Origin: a virus
Lineage: Duplodnaviria; Caudoviricetes
Virus record (IMG/VR): IMGVR_UViG_3300007171_000004
Span: 236,537-300,536 of that record
Length of the DNA stretch: 64,000 nt
Direction: 5' to 3' (one strand)
The notes beneath the pieces are model-generated. The model searched no databases and had not been told where the DNA came from. It saw only the letters and a program-made list of their open reading frames with translations. Position numbers and translations under genes: made by a program. Positions 58,808 through 64,000 of this stretch are shown here, piece by piece. How positions within the stretch are numbered: the stretch's first letter is position 1; every line of letters starts with the position of its first letter.

Positions 58808-58994
58808 TGGTTTCCTCCATGAATGTATTTACCGCTTCTCTCAGATTATATAGTGTATCATCTGAAAGGTCAAGGTCTTCTGCGATTGTGTCATAGATAT
58901 CAGCATCTTGAAGAGCGAATAAGAAGGTCTGCAGAATGGTGAGTTGCTCTGTTTGCGGGAGGCTTTCAAAGAACTCAAGTGTTGGATTTGGCAT
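58800..58994 (-). CDS. Small acidic protein
   Basis: RBS agagg before MPNPTLEF. Confidence 0.65.
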   Translation of the reverse strand: MPNPTLEFFESLPQTEQLTILQTFLFALQDADIYDTIAEDLDLSDDTLYNLREAVNTFMEETNE

Positions 58995-59104
58995 TGTTGT
59001 TTCCTCTGGTTGTATTGTATCAGGAAAATGTTTATAGGGGAAGAAGGAACCCAAACTTTCTTCCCCTATTTTTTGGCTAGAAACTTAACCAAAAATCTTA
59101 TAAA

Positions 59105-59401
59105 TTATTGTTTCCTATAGAAGAAGTAGTATTCACCTGATTTTTTAAATTCTACACCTATGACAGGGAGATATTTAAAAAACTCTTCCAGGTTTTCAGT
59201 TTTAAAATTTACACACATCAATTCATCTACATCAGGAAGAATAATATAATTATTAATCTTATTTTGGATATGATTAGAGATGTATGTTCTTGCTGGGATA
59301 ATATTCTTAATTGGTTGGAAGGTTAGTAGGAATATTATTAAGGGATGCATATTGTTCTGCTGTCCTTCTTGCTTGGAGTTCTTTGCTAATAAAATAGTCA
59401 C
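59105..59401 (-). CDS. Hypothetical protein
   Basis: ORF track; start uncertain. Confidence 0.5.
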   Translation of the reverse strand: MTILLAKNSKQEGQQNNMHPLIIFLLTFQPIKNIIPARTYISNHIQNKINNYIILPDVDELMCVNFKTENLEEFFKYLPVIGVEFKKSGEYYFFYRKQ

Positions 59402-59513
59402 AAACTCTAACTGTCTTGCCTTCTTTAAGAGTTACGCCATCAGGATTTTCAACTTTGTATCCGGTGTCTGTTTTATAAAGAAACAAACCATCAGCCATCA
59501 TTATCAGTTTCAT
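59307..59513 (-). CDS. Hypothetical protein
   Basis: RBS ggag; 68 aa. Confidence 0.55.
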   Translation of the reverse strand: MKLIMMADGLFLYKTDTGYKVENPDGVTLKEGKTVRVCDYFISKELQARRTAEQYASLNNIPTNLPTN

Positions 59514-59540
59514 CGACGAGTCTCCATTTACAGAAATTTT

Positions 59541-59768
59541 TCAATCTTCAAAGTAGGCATCCTCATACTCAAAGAATCCAATGCCATGTGATTTAAAATC
59601 TTCATCAGAGACAATGATTTCTTTTTCATCTGCCTCTAAACCAGCAATCAGGACATATGTTTTGTCTTTGACTTTAAAAGAATAAATTTGATTCTCGAAA
59701 TTGTATTCGTATTCAGTATCATCAGGAACAAAGATTGAACCAGTGATTGTAAATTTTAATTCTTTCAT
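59541..59768 (-). CDS. Hypothetical protein
   Basis: 75 aa, coupled to upstream gene. Confidence 0.65.
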   Translation of the reverse strand: MKELKFTITGSIFVPDDTEYEYNFENQIYSFKVKDKTYVLIAGLEADEKEIIVSDEDFKSHGIGFFEYEDAYFED

Positions 59769-59965
59769 TATTCTTCATCCTCGAAATAATCCGATTCAAT
59801 GAGAGAAGAAGATTTTAATTCTTGAAGGATAAATGAATCTTGAGAGAGTCCGATTCGAAATGCTCTGATGATAAGTTCTTTTGTTTCATCATCATATTCT
59901 TTTGGAAGTTCATCTCGCAAGCGTTCTGACATTGCTGATATCCATTTAAGGTCTGTATGTTCCAT
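59768..59965 (-). CDS. Hypothetical protein
   Basis: 65 aa. Confidence 0.6.
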   Translation of the reverse strand: MEHTDLKWISAMSERLRDELPKEYDDETKELIIRAFRIGLSQDSFILQELKSSSLIESDYFEDEE

Positions 59966-59976
59966 GGCTTATTATA

Positions 59977-60315
59977 TCAATCGTAAGTATCGGCATCAAC
60001 AAAAGAAAAATAAATATTGAGGCTGTATTCTTCGTCTTTTTTATATTTCTTGTGTTGTCGAATATAATTAACAGTCCAACCAGATGATGAAGAAGATATT
60101 AGAGTACCTTGACATTTCTTGCGAAGGTTAAGTACATGAAAAAAATGATACTCGATAATTGACGCTTCTCTAGTAAAAGAATATTGTGGATTAATATTTG
60201 TTACTTGGCGGATAGATTGAATTCTATCTGAGGATTCTGAAAGATATCCTATAATGTAATCAATCTTCTTACGGTCTTTCTTAGTCATTTCTGGCTCCTT
60301 GGTGTAGTGTAACAT
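59977..60315 (-). CDS. Hypothetical protein
   Basis: RBS aaggag before internal MTKKD. Confidence 0.6.
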   Translation of the reverse strand: MLHYTKEPEMTKKDRKKIDYIIGYLSESSDRIQSIRQVTNINPQYSFTREASIIEYHFFHVLNLRKKCQGTLISSSSSGWTVNYIRQHKKYKKDEEYSLNIYFSFVDADTYD

Positions 60316-60352
60316 GGAGTGGGGGAGATTGCAAGTTCTCCCCCAAGATTAT

Positions 60353-60565
60353 TTAGTCTTCTGTAATCAATTCGCCATGAAGAGAAATTTTATAACCTTC
60401 AATCTTTCCATCGTTGAATTCTGTAATATTATAAGTTACAACATCAACATCAAGAAGGTTAGTCTCGTTGAAAGCATGGTCAGTATCAATGCTAACTACA
60501 CAAGGTAAATTTCCATACTTTGCTTTAATATTTTCCAGTTTTTGAATCAATTCACTGACTGTCAT
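60353..60565 (-). CDS. Hypothetical phage protein
   Basis: MTVSELIQKLE..YGNLPCV pattern. Confidence 0.7.
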   Translation of the reverse strand: MTVSELIQKLENIKAKYGNLPCVVSIDTDHAFNETNLLDVDVVTYNITEFNDGKIEGYKISLHGELITED

Positions 60566-61224
60566 ACTTCTTCACTCTCCTCGAACAAAACAGCCCATTC
60601 ACTCATCCCGCCCCATTTGCCATCCTCTACTGCTTCCTGAAAAGACCCATAAGAGCAGGTTTCTTCATACTTTCCATTCTCACAGGTAAATTCGTAATGG
60701 GTATCGTTTTCAATGCTTCCCGATACCATTTCAAAAGTGGCATTAGGGTAGAGGGAAGAGAGTCTTTTAACAAAAGTCTCAGGTGTATCCCAAGGAGTAT
60801 TAAAAGAATAAATTACTGTGTTGAAATCTGGGAGTTCTTTAGTATTTAATTCAGAAGCGTCCCATTTAACTCCCCAATTCGTTATATTCCAATCGTACCA
60901 GTTAGAAAAGCCAGTAGAGGAAAATGCCAGTTGATTCTGAATACCGGCTTTAGCAGTAGAGGAGAACCATTGATGATTTGCTTCTACGATTTCTTGGAGA
61001 GTTGTGACAGATTTTCCAGTTTCTTTATTAAAATCTGCAATCAACTTTGGGACATTAACGCTAGGAGATTGAGTGCCTTCCAAGACTTCTGGCATAGTAA
61101 AGAAGATATTAAAAAATTCTTCTTCTTCGTTCTGGTTCTTTTCAGCAACCTTTGTCTTAAAAGCATTGTATTCTTCTACTGTTTGAAAAATACAGGTGAG
61201 TTCGTTCATTACCCAGTTTGGCAT
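60562..61224 (-). CDS. DUF1281/YubB-like protein
   Basis: MPNW.MN, WYDWNITNWGVKWDA, FNTPWDTP..LSSLYP. Confidence 0.8.
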   Translation of the reverse strand: MPNWVMNELTCIFQTVEEYNAFKTKVAEKNQNEEEEFFNIFFTMPEVLEGTQSPSVNVPKLIADFNKETGKSVTTLQEIVEANHQWFSSTAKAGIQNQLAFSSTGFSNWYDWNITNWGVKWDASELNTKELPDFNTVIYSFNTPWDTPETFVKRLSSLYPNATFEMVSGSIENDTHYEFTCENGKYEETCSYGSFQEAVEDGKWGGMSEWAVLFEESEEV

Positions 61225-61278
61225 TTTACTATCCTTAAGAGAGAGATGGAGAGTAGATTTCTCTACTCTCCTATATTA

Positions 61279-61476
61279 TCATGCTTCGGCGAGAAAACCA
61301 AGTTCATTGCAGGTGGGACAATAATCTGCCTTATCTTCGCCACCTTGACCATATGAATCTATAAAAGACATTGATTCTTCTTCAGTCATATTTTCAAAAG
61401 TAATCTCGTTGATTTCTTTGCCACAGTCTTTGCATTCTTGATTCTCGCAAAAGACCTTAAACTTCACTTCGGACAT
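61279..61476 (-). CDS. Small Zn-binding protein
   Basis: CENQECKDC..YCPTC. Confidence 0.65.
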   Translation of the reverse strand: MSEVKFKVFCENQECKDCGKEINEITFENMTEEESMSFIDSYGQGGEDKADYCPTCNELGFLAEA

Positions 61477-61730
61477 AAGGATTTAACCTCGTTCTGATAG
61501 ATTTTAACCTGACACACTGTTATATCATTGGAGAGAGTAAAGTGCCAATAATTTTTAGAGATTTTTCGCTTAATTATATTGACACCTTTGAACCTAGTAG
61601 AATAAGAATCTAAGAATAGATGTTCCCACTTAGCAATCTTACTCTCTCTTGCAAGTCGTTTAGCAATATTAATCTTCAATCCGTTCCACCAAAGATTCCA
61701 TGCTAAGATTCTTGATTTCGTATTGCTCAA
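61464..61730 (-). CDS. Hypothetical basic protein
   Basis: 88-aa ORF. Confidence 0.5.
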   Translation of the reverse strand: MSNTKSRILAWNLWWNGLKINIAKRLARESKIAKWEHLFLDSYSTRFKGVNIIKRKISKNYWHFTLSNDITVCQVKIYQNEVKSLCPK

Positions 61731-61911
61731 TGCTTACGATATCATTAGGGAAGCGGAGCGGGTCTTCACCATCAACCGCCTCAATGCAATCAAAGGAAAT
61801 CTCAGGATGGAAAAATACACCTTCTGCTTCAAAGACTCCATCATGCAAAACAACGCCATCTGGAATCTCAAACTCTGCAACCACGGTAACTTTCATCTTC
61901 ATTTCGTTCAC
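61669..61911 (-). CDS. Hypothetical acidic protein
   Basis: RBS gaggtg. Confidence 0.55.
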   Translation of the reverse strand: MNEMKMKVTVVAEFEIPDGVVLHDGVFEAEGVFFHPEISFDCIEAVDGEDPLRFPNDIVSIEQYEIKNLSMESLVERIED

Positions 61912-61938
61912 CTCTGCATCTATAATATCAGGTAAAGA

Positions 61939-62256
61939 CTAGGGTAGCAAATGATTTATGGTCTCTTCAAAAATAAATCCGAAAAGATGATTGGTTGGAT
62001 TTGGTTCTAAGGATGCAAAATTTTTAAATGTTTTGTCCTCGTCATAATGGAATATCTCAACCTCTGAAAACAATTCTAATAATCTAATAAAGCAGTAGTC
62101 ATTAGTAATTATAATATTATCCCATTTGCAGATTTCTTTAACATAATCCACTCGTTCAGACATAGGAATATAAAAGTAATCAGATTCGAAGATTGGATTA
62201 TTATATTTTTCAGGGTCGATTCTAGATAGGTCGTTTGAGTATATAATTTTATTCAT
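61939..62256 (-). CDS. Hypothetical protein
   Basis: 105-aa ORF. Confidence 0.6.
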   Translation of the reverse strand: MNKIIYSNDLSRIDPEKYNNPIFESDYFYIPMSERVDYVKEICKWDNIIITNDYCFIRLLELFSEVEIFHYDEDKTFKNFASLEPNPTNHLFGFIFEETINHLLP

Positions 62257-62298
62257 AATAGATTATCCCCAGAATTTTGAGGCTCTGGGGATTGTTCC

Positions 62299-62664
62299 TT
62301 ACATACTAATCTTGATGCTCTCGCCCTTGTACTTGAGGATAGAGTTCTTGTACTTGCCAATCAAAGCCTTAAGGGAATTGAAGAAAGAGAATTGAATAAC
62401 ATCCTTCTCAGAGATTTCAATTACCTTTGGTGCATTTTTATATTCTCGGAGACTAATCTTTCGTGGTCTGCCTTTGAAGATAAATGTTTGCTTATTTTGA
62501 CCTGCCAACGAATTGAACTCTGCTGTCAATTGTGTCTCAGTCTTATAATCAAAAAGGCGAGTGTTTGTTTTAAAATAACGAGCCACTTCCTTAGCGGTTT
62601 TTGGCTCACCACATTCATTAAGATATGCAATGAGTTGTTCGAGACGAGTTTTTCCACTATACAT
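62299..62664 (-). CDS. Putative winged-HTH protein
   Basis: LIAYLNECGEPKTAKEVARY. Confidence 0.6.
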   Translation of the reverse strand: MYSGKTRLEQLIAYLNECGEPKTAKEVARYFKTNTRLFDYKTETQLTAEFNSLAGQNKQTFIFKGRPRKISLREYKNAPKVIEISEKDVIQFSFFNSLKALIGKYKNSILKYKGESIKISM

Positions 62665-63347
62665 TAATTTATTTCCTTTACTGGAGTGAGACTAACGCTC
62701 TCCCCTGCGACCAAACCCCTGTAGTATCCGTTGTCAGAATTCAAGTTTACCTTAAGATTGGATGTTCTCAAACTACCAAAGCGATTGTTCAAGAAATTTA
62801 AATTCTCATTCTCACAACTATCATAAACTTTCACCAATGCATTAGATTCGCTTTGGATAATCTTTTGTGATTCCAATAGTCTAGATGATATTCTTTGCGA
62901 CATACCAATCTTAAAGGAATTACAAAATTTCTTTCCATGCTCGTTTGTTTTATATTTCAAAAGAGCATTCAAAGATTCTCGTTCAATGACATGGCAGAGA
63001 TAACGATATGACATTACCACTGCATCTCTATTAATAGACTTTCCAATAACACCGTATTTACCAGTGCTAGAGAATGCGATAACTTTACAAAAATGACTCT
63101 TGCAAATACTATTAAAAAGAATGCTCCGCCATGTGATAAAGTTCTTACCCTCTTGAACGAAACTAATGCCAATCTCATCTTCAGCCTTTTTAAGATTATT
63201 GAATTGAGATTGGGAGAGATTATGCTGAGCCAGAAGAGACATAGCCTTTTTCATTGCTACATTTGCTTCATTCTCATTCGACGATTCTGACAGACGAAAG
63301 AGTTTCTCAATCGTTTGCAGGGTTTTTTGGTCTATGTTGGGTTCCAT
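62664..63347 (-). CDS. DUF2786-containing protein
   Basis: IEKLFRLSES.NENEA.VA..KAMSLL.QHNL; promoter TTGCAT-17-TATAAA 63353-63381. Confidence 0.8.
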   Translation of the reverse strand: MEPNIDQKTLQTIEKLFRLSESSNENEANVAMKKAMSLLAQHNLSQSQFNNLKKAEDEIGISFVQEGKNFITWRSILFNSICKSHFCKVIAFSSTGKYGVIGKSINRDAVVMSYRYLCHVIERESLNALLKYKTNEHGKKFCNSFKIGMSQRISSRLLESQKIIQSESNALVKVYDSCENENLNFLNNRFGSLRTSNLKVNLNSDNGYYRGLVAGESVSLTPVKEIN

Positions 63348-63543
63348 GACTCTTTATATCATCCCGTAAATATTAATGCAAGAAAAATCCCCAAGAATTT
63401 TTAAAGACTCTTGGGGTTGAATTATCCTGTTCTACTTTAACCTACCCCATAGGCACATCAGGATAAAATTAAAAAAGTCCCACCCCATGAGCAAAAGAAT
63501 GGGACTATATACAAGAGACATGAGCAAAATCTCTTGTAAATTA

Positions 63544-63867
63544 TTAAAGTTTCTTCTGGTCGTCGATGTAAACAGAATCAACCTTGTCTTCGATTTCAAA
63601 AAGGACTGTTGTAGTGCTATCGTCATCAGCCACTACTTCGTCAACAGTAACAGTGCTATAATCGTGAACATTATGATATTCAATTTCGTATTCATTATCA
63701 ATAACTAATTGCTTCATATGTTGACGAATCTTAATCCAATCCTCTTCAGAGAAATTTTTATAATCTTCTGAATTGAGATTTGAACAATTGCAAGCCTCAT
63801 CAAATTGTTCTTTAGTAACTTCAAATTGGTATGTAGCAGTTACAGTACCGTTTACAAAGATTTGCAT
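63544..63867 (-). CDS. Hypothetical acidic protein
   Basis: 107-aa ORF. Confidence 0.65.
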   Translation of the reverse strand: MQIFVNGTVTATYQFEVTKEQFDEACNCSNLNSEDYKNFSEEDWIKIRQHMKQLVIDNEYEIEYHNVHDYSTVTVDEVVADDDSTTTVLFEIEDKVDSVYIDDQKKL

Positions 63868-63870
63868 TTT

Positions 63871-64000
63871 TTAATACCATGCAACCAAGTAATGACCAGC
63901 CTCAGCATGAAGTTTGAACATTCTGACCAAGTCTTTGAATTCTTCTTCTTCAATATCATAGTTTTCGATGTAAGAATCACGCCATTCTGTTGCTTCCAAA
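63871..64000 (-). CDS. 3' end of hypothetical protein (runs off window)
   Basis: ..DLVRMFKLHAEAGHYLVAWY-stop. Confidence 0.5.
   Translation of the reverse strand, partial: LEATEWRDSYIENYDIEEEEFKDLVRMFKLHAEAGHYLVAWY

Overview
AT-rich segment of a large (jumbo-type) dsDNA bacteriophage, read in the standard genetic code. A host-type prepilin/H-X9-DG gene, and more weakly a short-form DnaK, suggest a Terrabacteria-type host, possibly Armatimonadota (inference). 1-6.8 kb: replication/repair operon (DnaC-like ATPase, Ycf46-like AAA+, Mre11/SbcD lying between the two halves of a split Rad50/SbcC). 8.6-42.6 kb: probable late/virion region with tail-tube-like paralogs, two RusA, DnaK, five tandem lectin-tipped paralogs, and unrelated effector domains (ART, GNAT, HExxH peptidase, J-domain, FHA) fused to two shared N-terminal leader peptides. 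41.9-43.7 kb: extreme strand skew with iteron-like repeats (origin/terminus candidate). 43.7-64 kb: early-type region of small genes with sigma70 promoters, five tRNAs, an HNH and ClpP. Most striking feature: nine copies of a 56-bp symmetric element, ATTATTT-N11-TCGGGGGGTTAACCCCCCGA-N11-AAATAAT, divide 45.9-54.0 kb into self-contained promoter-gene-terminator cassettes, several with much higher GC than the backbone. Nearby are a candidate structured ncRNA and a strand-biased CTCGAA motif field. All family assignments come from motif recognition by eye; no database search was run.
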